Shown in pieces: positions 1 through 10,198 of a stretch of DNA of 59,140 nt. This stretch comes from an uncultured Lachnospiraceae bacterium (GTDB lineage Bacteria; Bacillota; Clostridia; Lachnospirales; Lachnospiraceae): contig CADBTR010000073.1 of NCBI GenBank assembly GCA_902797675.1, positions 1 through 59,140 on the forward strand, written 5' to 3'. Under the pieces are notes generated by a model that saw nothing but the letters and a program-made list of their open reading frames with translations, ran no database searches and was not told the origin of the DNA. Position 1 is the first letter of the stretch. Each line of letters opens with the position of its first letter. The translations under genes were made by a program, and so were the position numbers.

Positions 1-160
1 AGTACATCGTAAATTTAATTGCCGGTACATTTACGCAGAATGATTGTGCATACACAATGAAACCGAATGAGGCGGTGTGGGCACCGCTGATTGAGGGTGA
101 AGCAGTGTATGTGCAATCAGACAAGTGAATGTGCCAGATAATTAATTTACGATGTACTAG
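1..160. mobile_element. MITE-like long imperfect hairpin with 15-bp terminal inverted repeats, CTAG-flanked (left flank cut by window edge)
   Basis: agtacatcgtaaatt (1-15) is the reverse complement of aatttacgatgtact (144-158). Internal arms 24-34/125-135, 41-55/105-119 and 72-77/82-87 pair. CTAG at 157-160. Confidence 0.7.
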
Positions 161-190
161 TACAGCGTTTCTTAATTTACGCTGTACTAG
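157..190. repeat. Minimal sister element: CTAG-tacagcgt-N10-acgctgta-CTAG
   Basis: ctagtacagcgtttcttaatttacgctgtactag. Its right end (taatttacgctgtactag) matches the right end of the 1-160 element with one mismatch. Confidence 0.7.
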
Positions 191-202
191 TCTGTTCTTC
201 CA

Positions 203-1138
203 TCAATCCTTTGCCACTTCCGCAATGGATTTCACTGCTCCTGCCAGTCCCTGAATATCCGACGGAATGATGATCTTCGTTGCCTGACCGTCTGCCGCTT
301 TCGCAAACGCCTCAAGGCTTTGAAGCTGAATCACCGCATCATCGGCGCCGGCTTCCTTGATAAAACGGATACCGTCTGCTTTCGCCTGCTGGATATTTAA
401 AATAGCCTGCGCCTCACCTTGCGCCTGCAAAACTGCGGATTCCTTCTGCGCTTCCGCTCTGAGGATCTGCGCCTGCTTATCTGCCTCTGCCGCAAGAATT
501 GCGGATTGTTTCTTACCTTCCGCTACAAGGATCGTGGACTTCTTTTCACCTTCCGCAATAAGAATCGCCTCTCTTCGCTCACGTTCCGCCTTCATCTGCT
601 TTTCCATGGCGTCCTGAATGGCTGCCGGCGGAATGATGTTCTTAAGTTCCACACGATTGACCTTGATTCCCCATGGATCCGTTGCCAGATCGATATCGGA
701 ACGCATCTTCGTATTGATTGTCTCTCTTGATGTCAGGGTTTCATCAAGTTCAAGATCACCGATGACATTACGAAGCGTAGTCGCCGTCAGATTCTCGATT
801 GCCATGATCGGACTCTCCACACCGTATGCATATAGCTTCGGATCTGTGATCTGAAAATAAATGATCGTATCGATCCGCATTGTTACATTATCCTTCGTGA
901 TCACCGGCTGCGGCGGGAAATCCGCTACCTGCTCTTTTAAGCTGACTTTCCGCGCCACCCGGTCAATGATCGGCATCTTAAAATGCAATCCTACCGACCA
1001 TGTCTCCTTATAGCCTCCCAGACGCTCTATTACAAACGCCTGCGCCTGAGGTACGATCTTTATGCAGCTGGCAAATACAACCACAATAACGATCAGCAAA
1101 GTTACAATTAATTCCATTTCCATATTCCAGTCCTCCAT
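203..1138 (-). CDS. SPFH/band-7 (stomatin/QmcA-like) membrane protein; true start may be a few codons downstream
   Basis: N-terminal TM helix, ITKDNV and WGIKVNRVELKNI motifs, AE-rich coiled coil; paired with NfeD. Confidence 0.92.
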   Translation of the reverse strand: MEDWNMEMELIVTLLIVIVVVFASCIKIVPQAQAFVIERLGGYKETWSVGLHFKMPIIDRVARKVSLKEQVADFPPQPVITKDNVTMRIDTIIYFQITDPKLYAYGVESPIMAIENLTATTLRNVIGDLELDETLTSRETINTKMRSDIDLATDPWGIKVNRVELKNIIPPAAIQDAMEKQMKAERERREAILIAEGEKKSTILVAEGKKQSAILAAEADKQAQILRAEAQKESAVLQAQGEAQAILNIQQAKADGIRFIKEAGADDAVIQLQSLEAFAKAADGQATKIIIPSDIQGLAGAVKSIAEVAKD

Positions 1139-1164
1139 TTTTTAGCAATTTACTATCCGGCTCA

Positions 1165-1629
1165 TTAATGCTCCGTTCCCTGCGCTGTTTTGAGTATCCC
1201 CACAGGCTGAACGATCACTTTCACTCCGGTAATCTCCGTTATCGTAACCATCGTATCTTTCTGGATCACCATGCCCTCCTGCCGGGATCTCGCCATCCAG
1301 TCCACGCCATTGATCACCACATGACCGGTCTGATTGATATTATCGATCGTCTCTGAAACCTTCACCGTTCTTCCCACCAGGTCATCGACGTTCGTACGCA
1401 CATTCTTCTTATTAACGTATTTGACTGCAAGGGGTCTTGTCGTAAATACAAGCACTCCCGAAACCACGGCAAACACCAATAGCTGAATGTGGAAACCCAC
1501 GCCGAAATACGCCAGCCAGAAAGAAATAAACGCGCCTCCGGCAAACCAGATCGTTGTAAGACCAAGGGTGATAATCTCAAAAACCAGAAAAAAAATGAAC
1601 AGCACCAACCAAAAATACGCATATCCCAT
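1165..1629 (-). CDS. NfeD-like (YbbJ-type) membrane protein
   Basis: Hydrophobic N-terminal half plus C-terminal OB-fold motif GHVVINGVDWMARS; directly upstream of the SPFH gene. Confidence 0.9.
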   Translation of the reverse strand: MGYAYFWLVLFIFFLVFEIITLGLTTIWFAGGAFISFWLAYFGVGFHIQLLVFAVVSGVLVFTTRPLAVKYVNKKNVRTNVDDLVGRTVKVSETIDNINQTGHVVINGVDWMARSRQEGMVIQKDTMVTITEITGVKVIVQPVGILKTAQGTEH

Positions 1630-1778
1630 TTTCTTTCACCTCCCTGTTATTTTATCCAGTCTTGGCAAAATTATTTTTTGCTTGCACTAATGATACAATA
1701 TTTCGTCAAGACTTTCAAGGTCAAACAAGTTGGTTTTATAAAAATTTAAAAAATTCTCATTACTGTGAATAACAACAA

Positions 1779-1804
1779 ATCCCCCGCCGTCTCCGGCAGG
1801 GGAT
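1779..1804 (-). terminator. Probable intrinsic terminator of the cell-wall hydrolase gene
   Basis: Minus strand atcccctgccg-gaga-cggcgggggat followed by ttgttgtt. Confidence 0.55.
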
Positions 1805-1893
1805 CAATTCTGTCAACTTGCACTTCTTATTACTTTCTCATTATTGTGAAGAGTAAGGAACTGTTAGCAATTAATCTGACTAACATTTCCTAA

Positions 1894-3219
1894 CTATCTG
1901 TAAAATACCTGATTTCCAATCAGGGAGTATGCGTTGTAATTTCCGTAATTCGCGCAGGATTCCATACAAAACGAGGTATACCCCGGTACATTGTTCACGC
2001 CGGCCAGCGCTTCATTTGCCGCCTGGATTGAGCCTTCATTCGGTCCGTTGTTCAACGCTCTGTTTAAAGCGCCGTTTCTGACCACCGAAAACTGCCCTCT
2101 GGCGTAGATCACATCATGGATGCTGCTTCCATAACTTCCGCCATTCAAACGGTTCAATACAATATTGGCAACCGCCAGCTTGCCTTCATAGCACTCGCCG
2201 CCGGCTTCCGCCATAACGAGGCACGCCAGCAGATATGTATCATCCGTGGACATGCTATAAGCATCCGTATATTCCGTCTCAACGCTTTCAGCCTGCGCAG
2301 CTTCTCTTGCCGCTTCCTCGGCTTCTTCCTGCTCCTCGGCTGCTCTCTTTGCCTCTTCTTCCGCCTTTGCTGCTTCTTCCTCAGCAATTCTCGCTTCCTC
2401 TGCTGCAATCGCGGCCTGTTCCTCTTCTATGCTGATTCCCACGCCAACTTCATAACCTACAGTTACGAATTCTTTTGAAGTAAAAAGAATCTGCCCCTGA
2501 TATCTGACTGCATACCAGTCTCCGGCATCCTCGATCACTACCATACGGGTTCCGGCATCAATAACCTCACTGATGGAATAATCCGTTCCCGCGCCGGTTC
2601 TCAACCGAAGGTTATCTGTGGTACTCGTTGCGATCAATGGACACACATACGGTACACTTGATTCCATATCCTTATCAAACCATGCATATTGATTGCAGAT
2701 ATATCCGGTCACATTGCCCGACTGGATCTTCGACCACTCCGCTCCCTTTTCCAGAACGATTCCGCCTGATCCTGCATATATCTTTCCCACAATCTCTGCG
2801 TCTTCATTTCCTTCACTCCGGACATTTAAGTATTCTTCCACATTTGCCAGAAACTGTCCGTCGTATGCGCTCACCGGCTCTGTCTCCGGTTCACTTTTCT
2901 GTTCTTTGTCCTCTACTGTTACTTCCTCTGTTGCCGGCTCCTCTGCCAGGGTATCCTCCGACGGCATCTGACGATCTCCGTAAAATTCACCCAAGGTAGC
3001 TCCAACCATAGTCTGATCCATCTTATCGAGTGATAACAGGTTTTCCATTCCCTCAGAATCAACTACATCAAACGATTCAACATTTGCTTCAACCGCTTTT
3101 TTCTCACTTTTGTTTAAGCCACTGACAACAAGTCCGGCTGCTGCCAAAACCGCACCGCCAAAAATCGCTGCGATCACAACTGCCTTATCGTGCTTAATAG
3201 CCTTCATAAAGTCCTCCAA
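1894..3219 (-). CDS. SH3-domain cell wall hydrolase (SleB/CwlJ-like Hydrolase_2 C-terminal domain)
   Basis: N-terminal TM anchor, two bacterial SH3-like repeats (LNVRSE.., LRLRTGAGT..), EA-rich linker, LLACLVMAEAGGE..LAVANIVLNR..VIYARGQFS catalytic domain. Confidence 0.88.
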   Translation of the reverse strand: MEDFMKAIKHDKAVVIAAIFGGAVLAAAGLVVSGLNKSEKKAVEANVESFDVVDSEGMENLLSLDKMDQTMVGATLGEFYGDRQMPSEDTLAEEPATEEVTVEDKEQKSEPETEPVSAYDGQFLANVEEYLNVRSEGNEDAEIVGKIYAGSGGIVLEKGAEWSKIQSGNVTGYICNQYAWFDKDMESSVPYVCPLIATSTTDNLRLRTGAGTDYSISEVIDAGTRMVVIEDAGDWYAVRYQGQILFTSKEFVTVGYEVGVGISIEEEQAAIAAEEARIAEEEAAKAEEEAKRAAEEQEEAEEAAREAAQAESVETEYTDAYSMSTDDTYLLACLVMAEAGGECYEGKLAVANIVLNRLNGGSYGSSIHDVIYARGQFSVVRNGALNRALNNGPNEGSIQAANEALAGVNNVPGYTSFCMESCANYGNYNAYSLIGNQVFYR

Positions 3220-3374
3220 TCCGCTGTTTCCAGCACGTAATCAGACATATTTTCTGTCTTTATTACGCTTCTGTTAAATAACTTTGCAAGTTGTATGGAG
3301 CATGATAACAGATATTTTTTTATTTGTCAACCTCTTTTTTTCGACAGAGATCCTCCTCCGATTTTGAAAAATAT

Positions 3375-4139
3375 TCACGAAGTTTTTGCGCGATACATCA
3401 GAATCGCCGCTGAAACCGCTGCATTCAGCGATTCCAGTTTTCCCTCCATCGGAATCTTAATCAGCTTGTCCGCCATGCGGGTAATTTCTTCGGAAAGTCC
3501 CTTGGATTCATTGCCGATCAGGATTCCCACAGAGCCCTCATAGGATTCTTCATGATAAAATCTTTCCCCACGAAGATGCGCTCCGTAAATCGTCACGCCG
3601 TTCTTCTGTAATTCCCGGATCGGATCTTCCAGATCATCGCAGATCAAAAAGGGCACTCTGAAAATGGAACCCATGGTAGACCGGATCACTTTCGGATTAA
3701 ACAGGTCTACGGTGGTCTTATTCATGATGACCGCTGTCATTCCCGCGCCTTCCGCCGTTCTCATTATGGTTCCCAGATTTCCCGGATCCTGCAGGGATTC
3801 CAACAATAAAAAGCGCTGTCTGCAGTTTTTTTTCAGAATTGTATGTAATTGATGTTCTTTTTGTCTGACAATTGACACAATTCCCTGAGGTGTCACCGTA
3901 TCGCTGAATTCTCTGAATATTCCGTCTTTTACGACAATATAATTTCCTCTCAGCTGATCTTCATGTTCTTTCAGAAAGGTTTCGGAAACATATGTATTCA
4001 CCAGATCCTCTTCGGGGATCTCCCGGTACATCTTGATTCCCTCCGTTACAAAGAGTTTTTCCTTTCTGCGGGCGGAACTTTTCGTCTGAAGTCTGCAAAG
4101 ATCCTTAATATGCTGGTTTGATGCTGAACTGATATACAT
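3375..4139 (-). CDS. TrmH/SpoU family RNA methyltransferase
   Basis: QDPGNLGTIMRT, IGNESKG and ESLNAAVSAAI SPOUT motifs. Confidence 0.93.
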   Translation of the reverse strand: MYISSASNQHIKDLCRLQTKSSARRKEKLFVTEGIKMYREIPEEDLVNTYVSETFLKEHEDQLRGNYIVVKDGIFREFSDTVTPQGIVSIVRQKEHQLHTILKKNCRQRFLLLESLQDPGNLGTIMRTAEGAGMTAVIMNKTTVDLFNPKVIRSTMGSIFRVPFLICDDLEDPIRELQKNGVTIYGAHLRGERFYHEESYEGSVGILIGNESKGLSEEITRMADKLIKIPMEGKLESLNAAVSAAILMYRAKTS

Positions 4140-4174
4140 CCCGTCTTACCTCGACATACGTTTGCTTTCTCAAA

Positions 4175-5149
4175 TTATCTCGACAGGATCTTACTGATGT
4201 CGTACTGATAATCCGGAATATCCTTGGTCATCGCCAATGCCTCATCAATCTCAAAATCCACATAGTCGCCGCCCTTGTAGGCTACCACACGATTGCTCTT
4301 GCCCTCACAGAGAAGATCAACCGCAATCGCGCCCATAATGGACGCATACATTCTGTCCTTACAGGTCGGAGAACCGCCGCGCTGCATGTGACCGAGGATT
4401 GTCGCTCTTGTCTCCATTCCGGTTGCCGCCTCGATTCTCTTTGCCATGGAAGCCGAATGACCGATTCCTTCCGCATTGATAATCAAGTGATGTTTCTTGC
4501 CTTTCTTTCTGGACTGAATGATATGATTGACGATCTTCTGCTCATCGTAACCGTAACGTTCCGGAAGCAGGATATCCTCCGCTCCGTTTGCGATACCGCA
4601 CCACAATGCGATATATCCTGCATGGCGTCCCATTACCTCAATGATACTGCACCGCTCATGAGACGTGGATGTATCACGCACTTTATCGATTGCCTCCATG
4701 GCTGTATTTACAGCGGTATCAAAGCCTATGGTATAATCCGTACATGCAATATCAAGGTCAATCGTTCCCGGAACACCTATGGTATTGATCCCCAGATGCG
4801 CCAGAGCCTGCGCTCCTCTGAAGGATCCGTCTCCTCCGATGACCACAAGTCCGTCGATATTATATTTCTTGCAGATATCAGCTGCTTTCTTCTGTCCTTC
4901 TTCCGTCCGGAATTCCTCACACCGGGCTGTTCCGAGAATCGTTCCGCCCAACTGAATGATATCCGAAACGCTGTGAGCATTCATATCTTCAATCTCTTCC
5001 TCAAGCAATCCTTGATATCCTCTGTATATTCCCTTTACATTCAATCCCTTTGCCAATGCGGAACGCACAACTGCACGAATGGCAGCGTTCATTCCCGGTG
5101 CGTCACCTCCGCTTGTCAATACTCCGATTGTTTCCATTTGCTTTGCCAT
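4175..5149 (-). CDS. pfkA: ATP-dependent 6-phosphofructokinase
   Basis: TSGGDAPGMNAAIR, GGDGS, PGTID, EVMGR, LGHMQRGG. Confidence 0.97.
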   Translation of the reverse strand: MAKQMETIGVLTSGGDAPGMNAAIRAVVRSALAKGLNVKGIYRGYQGLLEEEIEDMNAHSVSDIIQLGGTILGTARCEEFRTEEGQKKAADICKKYNIDGLVVIGGDGSFRGAQALAHLGINTIGVPGTIDLDIACTDYTIGFDTAVNTAMEAIDKVRDTSTSHERCSIIEVMGRHAGYIALWCGIANGAEDILLPERYGYDEQKIVNHIIQSRKKGKKHHLIINAEGIGHSASMAKRIEAATGMETRATILGHMQRGGSPTCKDRMYASIMGAIAVDLLCEGKSNRVVAYKGGDYVDFEIDEALAMTKDIPDYQYDISKILSR

Positions 5150-5278
5150 ATTATGATGTCCTCCTGACCTGTTCGGTTTTAATCTGTTTTGATCTATGTT
5201 TCCTCCATATTTCTTTCATTCGTTCCTGTACATAGACCGCGCATTTGCAGAATGATCTGCAACCTATCTCTGTTAACG

Positions 5279-5307
5279 AGTATAATACGAAATACCGAGT
5301 ATTTCAA
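5279..5307 (-). promoter_or_regulatory. Putative sigma-A promoter of pfkA
   Basis: Minus strand TTGAAA-17 nt-TATACT; an inverted repeat gaaatac-cga-gtatttc overlaps the spacer and -35. Confidence 0.55.
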
Positions 5308-5355
5308 CTGTTTTTTTATGTGGTATGCCGTTAATCTCACGACCGTTGCGTCATC

Positions 5356-8300
5356 TCAGTCCACCACCGCTACATTTTTTTCTCCGAAAATCTGTTTTAA
5401 ATGTTCAGACAATTGTTCATCCGCCTGCACCTGACAGCTGACTCCCAGTTTTTTCTTCGCCTTTTCTTCCCGCAGGTAGATGACAACCCGATCCCTGCCT
5501 TTCGATTTCTTCAGCTCGTCCATCAATTGTCCTTCCATTTTCTCATATTCTTCTTTATTTTGGAATTGTATCCACAACTCCGACGATATTTCCGAGAAAT
5601 CCTGCACCGTATCGCAGATCAGCTTGGCGTCCTCGTCATCATTTCCCGTCACCCGTCCGCTGACAAAGACTTTCCGGTCTTCTTCGATAAGATGTCTGTA
5701 TTTTTCATACATTTTAGGAAATACAAGCACTTCGACGGCGCCATACAGATCTTCCACCGTCATAAACGCCATTACCTGATTTGTCTTTGTGATCTTGATC
5801 GTGACTGCCGAGATGATTCCTCCGATCACCTCCCGGTCGCCGTCTTTCACTGCTGTTTCTCCTTCCTCATTTAATAAGAAGTCTTTCGTCGTCCGGGTAA
5901 TATGTTTTCGCCATTTTTTCTCATATTCCTCCAGCGGATGACCGCTGATGTAGAGTCCCACGACTTCTTTCTCAAAAGCCAGCAGTTCTTCTCTTGAATA
6001 TTCAGACACATCTGGAAATTTTACCTTAAAATCTGACTTTACCTCATCCGGAACAATGTCAAACAGGGACATCTGCCCTGCCATGGTCTTTTTTCTGGAC
6101 TGGTTGATATCATCCATCATATCCTCGAACACCACCATTTTTTGCTTTCGGTTGCCCTCAAAGCAATCCAGAGCTCCGGCTTTGATCAGGCTCTCTACGA
6201 TACGCTTGCTCATATCTTTGCCGTTCATGCGCTCAAGAAATTCCTGAAGCGCGGTAAATTTTCCGTTTTGTTTCCGCTCCTCCACGATCAAATCCACCAC
6301 ATTTTTTCCGATGCTCTTTAAAGCGGACAATCCGTAACGGATAGCTTTTCCTCTTGCCGCAAAGTTGCGCTCGCTTTCATTGATATCCGGCGGCTGCAGT
6401 TCAATCCCCATGTTTTTGCAGGTAACCGCATATTCCGCCACTTTTGTGGAATTTTCGATGACGCTGGTCATTAAGGACGCCATGAATTCTACCGGATAAT
6501 AATATTTTAAATAAGCGGTCTGGTAGGATACGACGCCGTACGCCGCCGCATGGGATTTATTGAAGGCGTATTTTGCGAAATCAATCATCTCATCGTAGAT
6601 TTTATTCGCGGTTTTCTCATCAATTCCCCGTTTGATGCAGCCGTCCACGCTTTCCTCTTCATTTCCGTATACAAAGCTCTGCCGTTCTTTTTCCATCACC
6701 GCCTGTTTTTTCTTGGACATAGCGCGCCGGAGCAGATCGCTTCGCCCCAGCGTATAACCGGCGAGGCTTTGTACGATCTGCATAACCTGCTCCTGATAGA
6801 CAATACAACCATGGGTATTTTCAAGGATCGGTTTTAATTGCGGGCAATCATAAGTAATCGAAGATTTATCATTTTTTCCCTTTAAATATTTCGGGATAAA
6901 ATCCATGGGACCCGGACGATACAGCGCGATTCCGGCGACGATATCTTCCAGACTTTCCGGTTTTAACTCTTTCATAAAACTCTTCATACCGGAACTTTCG
7001 ATCTGGAATATCCCGTCGGTTTTGCCGGTGCTGATGTAATCATATACGGCGCGATCGTTGTAATCGATCTTGTTAAGATCCGGTTCCTTTCCCTGATTTT
7101 CCTTTATCAGGCGCACTGCATCCTGTATCACCGTCAGGGTTCGAAGCCCCAGAAAATCCATTTTCAACAGTCCCAGTTCTTCCAGCGTCGTCATAATGTA
7201 CTGTGTTGTGATGGTTCCGTCGGAGGAACGGGACAGCGGTACGAATTCATCTACTGCTTTCTGACTGATCAGCACGCCGGCCGCATGCATGGAGGTGTGT
7301 CTCGGAAGTCCCTCCAGCCGTCTTGACATATCGATCAGATAGCGTACTTCCTGTTTTTCATCGTATTCCTTCTTTAATAAAGGATTCATGACAAGCGCTT
7401 TATCGATGGTGATATTCAATTCCTTCGGGATCATTTTAGAAATGGAATCACACAGGGCGTACGGCATATCCAGCACACGTCCCACGTCCCGTATCACACC
7501 TCTTGCCGCCAGCGTTCCGAAGGTAACGATCTGCGCCACATTTTCTTTTCCATATTTTCGCACCACATAATCGATAACTTCCCCGCGCCTCTCATAGCAG
7601 AAATCCACATCGATATCGGGCATGCTCACCCGCTCCGGATTCAAAAAGCGCTCAAAAAGGAGATTATATTTTATGGGATCGATATCAGTGATTGCCAGCG
7701 TATATGCGACAATACTTCCTGCAGCCGAACCTCTGCCCGGTCCCACCATAATCCCGTTTGTCTTCGCAAAATTGATAAAATCCCAGACGATCAAGAAATA
7801 ATCAATAAATCCCATGTTCCGGATGACTGACAATTCGTAATCCAGACGCTCTCTCAATTCCTCCGTCACTGGCTGATAGCGTTTCTCCAGACCTTTATAA
7901 CATAAATCCTTCAGATAATTCCATGAGGCCTCTCCCTCTCTGTCCCCGGATTCCCAATATTCTTTCGGAACCTGATATTTTGGAAGTTTTCTCACGCCGA
8001 ATTCGATCTCCACATTGCAGCGGGCGGCAATTTTCGCAGTATTGTCCAGCGCTTCCTGCGCATAAGGAAATAAGGCTCTCATTTCCTCCTCGGATTTTAA
8101 ATAGAACTGACCGCCCTCATAACGCATCCGGTTTTCATCAGACACTTTTTTTCCCGTCTGAATACAGATCAGAATATCATGGGCTTCCCAGTCTTTATCA
8201 TAAATATAATGTACATCATTTGTGGCGACAAGACCGATTCCCAGTTCTTTACTCATCCGGATCAGACCCATATTGACTTTTTTTTGTACAGGAAGTCCAT

Positions 8301-8832
8301 GATCCTGCAATTCCAGGAAGTAATTTCCTTTTCCGAAGATTTCTTCATGACGCAATGCCGCGGCGCAGGCTTCCTGATAGTCATCTCTCGCCAATGCCCG
8401 CTGTACTTCTCCGGCTATACAGGCGCTGAGACAGATGATTCCCTCCGAATATTCTCTGAGAACCTCATAATCCACTCTCGGTTTATAATAATATCCTTCC
8501 GTAAATCCCTTGGAGACAATTTTCATCAGGTTATGATAACCTTTGTCATTTTCCGCAAGCAGGATCAGATGATAATAGCGGTCTTCATTCTGACCGATTT
8601 CCCGGTCAAACCGGGAGCCCGGTGCCATATAGATCTCGCAGCCTATGATCGGTCGGATTCCTGCCTCCCTGGCAGCCCGGTAAAAATCGATGGCGCCGTA
8701 CATGACTCCGTGATCCGTGATCGCCAGGCTGTCCATATTCAATTCCTTCGCCCTTGCCACCAGTTCCTTAATTTTACAGGAACCATCCAACAAGCTGAAT
8801 TCCGTATGCACATGGAGATGTGTAAATGCCAT
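5356..8832 (-). CDS. dnaE: DNA polymerase III alpha subunit
   Basis: PHP domain HLHVHTEFSLLDG, GPGRGSAAGS, SMPDIDVDF, YAFNKSHA, C-terminal OB fold. Confidence 0.97.
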   Translation of the reverse strand: MAFTHLHVHTEFSLLDGSCKIKELVARAKELNMDSLAITDHGVMYGAIDFYRAAREAGIRPIIGCEIYMAPGSRFDREIGQNEDRYYHLILLAENDKGYHNLMKIVSKGFTEGYYYKPRVDYEVLREYSEGIICLSACIAGEVQRALARDDYQEACAAALRHEEIFGKGNYFLELQDHGLPVQKKVNMGLIRMSKELGIGLVATNDVHYIYDKDWEAHDILICIQTGKKVSDENRMRYEGGQFYLKSEEEMRALFPYAQEALDNTAKIAARCNVEIEFGVRKLPKYQVPKEYWESGDREGEASWNYLKDLCYKGLEKRYQPVTEELRERLDYELSVIRNMGFIDYFLIVWDFINFAKTNGIMVGPGRGSAAGSIVAYTLAITDIDPIKYNLLFERFLNPERVSMPDIDVDFCYERRGEVIDYVVRKYGKENVAQIVTFGTLAARGVIRDVGRVLDMPYALCDSISKMIPKELNITIDKALVMNPLLKKEYDEKQEVRYLIDMSRRLEGLPRHTSMHAAGVLISQKAVDEFVPLSRSSDGTITTQYIMTTLEELGLLKMDFLGLRTLTVIQDAVRLIKENQGKEPDLNKIDYNDRAVYDYISTGKTDGIFQIESSGMKSFMKELKPESLEDIVAGIALYRPGPMDFIPKYLKGKNDKSSITYDCPQLKPILENTHGCIVYQEQVMQIVQSLAGYTLGRSDLLRRAMSKKKQAVMEKERQSFVYGNEEESVDGCIKRGIDEKTANKIYDEMIDFAKYAFNKSHAAAYGVVSYQTAYLKYYYPVEFMASLMTSVIENSTKVAEYAVTCKNMGIELQPPDINESERNFAARGKAIRYGLSALKSIGKNVVDLIVEERKQNGKFTALQEFLERMNGKDMSKRIVESLIKAGALDCFEGNRKQKMVVFEDMMDDINQSRKKTMAGQMSLFDIVPDEVKSDFKVKFPDVSEYSREELLAFEKEVVGLYISGHPLEEYEKKWRKHITRTTKDFLLNEEGETAVKDGDREVIGGIISAVTIKITKTNQVMAFMTVEDLYGAVEVLVFPKMYEKYRHLIEEDRKVFVSGRVTGNDDEDAKLICDTVQDFSEISSELWIQFQNKEEYEKMEGQLMDELKKSKGRDRVVIYLREEKAKKKLGVSCQVQADEQLSEHLKQIFGEKNVAVVD

Positions 8833-8975
8833 AAAGTTCTCCTTTCCCCTTTTTTGCAGCCGCAGTACTTTCGGGACAGAAAGTGCTGCGACTGTATATT
8901 AGCAAGAAAAGCCACCTGTTATGGCAGCTTTCCCAAGTTTATTTCCGTCATTTCTGTTGTTTAAAGGCCTTTTTC

Positions 8976-9236
8976 TTATGCCTGTGCACAGCAAAGATAT
9001 TTTTCAATGCTCGAGAGTGCTTTCGTCTCATCAGCTCCGTCTGCGGATACCGAGATTTCCTCGCCCTGCGCTACATTCAATGTCATCATACCCATAATGC
9101 TCTTCGCATTGATTTTCCGATTCCCATACTGAAGATAAATGGAGCTGTCAAACTGACTTGCCTCCTGGATAAACAAAGCTACGGTTCCGCCGTTTAAGCC
9201 TTCTTTAATCTCAACCTTCACATCTTTGCTAATCAT
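8976..9236 (-). CDS. HPr-family protein lacking His15 (Crh-like)
   Basis: NAKS46IMG motif intact; GLNGGT replaces GLHARP; immediately downstream of whiA. Confidence 0.88.
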   Translation of the reverse strand: MISKDVKVEIKEGLNGGTVALFIQEASQFDSSIYLQYGNRKINAKSIMGMMTLNVAQGEEISVSADGADETKALSSIEKYLCCAQA

Positions 9237-10195
9237 TTTTCATTATCCTCCTTGCCTCTTAACTCCAATGCAATTTCCCTGATCCGCTTTAATCTGTGGT
9301 TTACCCCTGATTTTCCGATCGGCGGCATCATGGTCTCACCAAGTTCCTTTAGGGAAGCATCCGGATGTTCCAGACGCAGTCTCGCTGCCTCCTGCAAAAC
9401 CTCAGGCAATGCGCTCAAACCGATTGTATTTTCAATATAGCGGATGTCCTCACCTTGTTTAAAAGCTGCATTGACGGTCTTTGTTAAATTCGCTGTCTCG
9501 CAGTTTACCTGCCTGTTGACACTGTTTCTCATTTCCTTTAAAATCCGGACATTTTCCAGATTCATAAGGGAAATGTGAGCCTGCATCACATTTAAAATGT
9601 CGACGATGCCTTCGCCCTCTTTTATATATACCACAAAATGCTTCTTTCTTTCAACTATTTTCGAGTCAATTTTGAAAGTTTTAATAATTTCAGACAATTG
9701 TTGCGCTTTTTCCCAAGTTTCGCATACAATTTCAAAATGGTATGATTTTCCGGGATCGCTGATGGATCCGGATGCCATAAATACGCCGCGGAGAAAGGCT
9801 CTTTTGCAGCAATCCTTCATGATGACTACGTTATCTACAATAGAAAGATTTTCCCCGATCTCCTCATTCTCATCCAGTAACTTTACCGCCTGAAGGATCC
9901 GTACCGCCTGATCATGCTCGTTGACCGTGACGGTATAGACCGATCCCGTCCGCGCGGAACGGTTTGTCCGCACCGCCACCTCCGGCGCAACATGAAAGGC
10001 CTGACATAAAAGCTCCCGATAGCTTTTTGCCACTCCCGGGTTTTCTGTATGGATCTTAAGGGAATATCTGTCTCTGGCGGAGATCACAATACGCCCGCAC
10101 ATGCTGATGATCGCGGCAAGTTCCGCGATCTGACAATGCCTTGCGGCAGGAAGCACCCTGGATAATTCTTCTTTGACTTCCTGTGAGAATGACAT
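9233..10195 (-). CDS. whiA: DNA-binding protein WhiA
   Basis: MSFSQEVKEEL, AFLRGVFMASGSISDP, NRQVNCETANL, KSGVNHRL. Confidence 0.95.
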   Translation of the reverse strand: MSFSQEVKEELSRVLPAARHCQIAELAAIISMCGRIVISARDRYSLKIHTENPGVAKSYRELLCQAFHVAPEVAVRTNRSARTGSVYTVTVNEHDQAVRILQAVKLLDENEEIGENLSIVDNVVIMKDCCKRAFLRGVFMASGSISDPGKSYHFEIVCETWEKAQQLSEIIKTFKIDSKIVERKKHFVVYIKEGEGIVDILNVMQAHISLMNLENVRILKEMRNSVNRQVNCETANLTKTVNAAFKQGEDIRYIENTIGLSALPEVLQEAARLRLEHPDASLKELGETMMPPIGKSGVNHRLKRIREIALELRGKEDNEK

Positions 10196-10198
10196 AAC

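Noticed and set aside
2290-2430. Low-complexity ctt/gct-rich stretch
   Set aside because: Encodes the ordinary EA-rich helical linker of the cell-wall hydrolase
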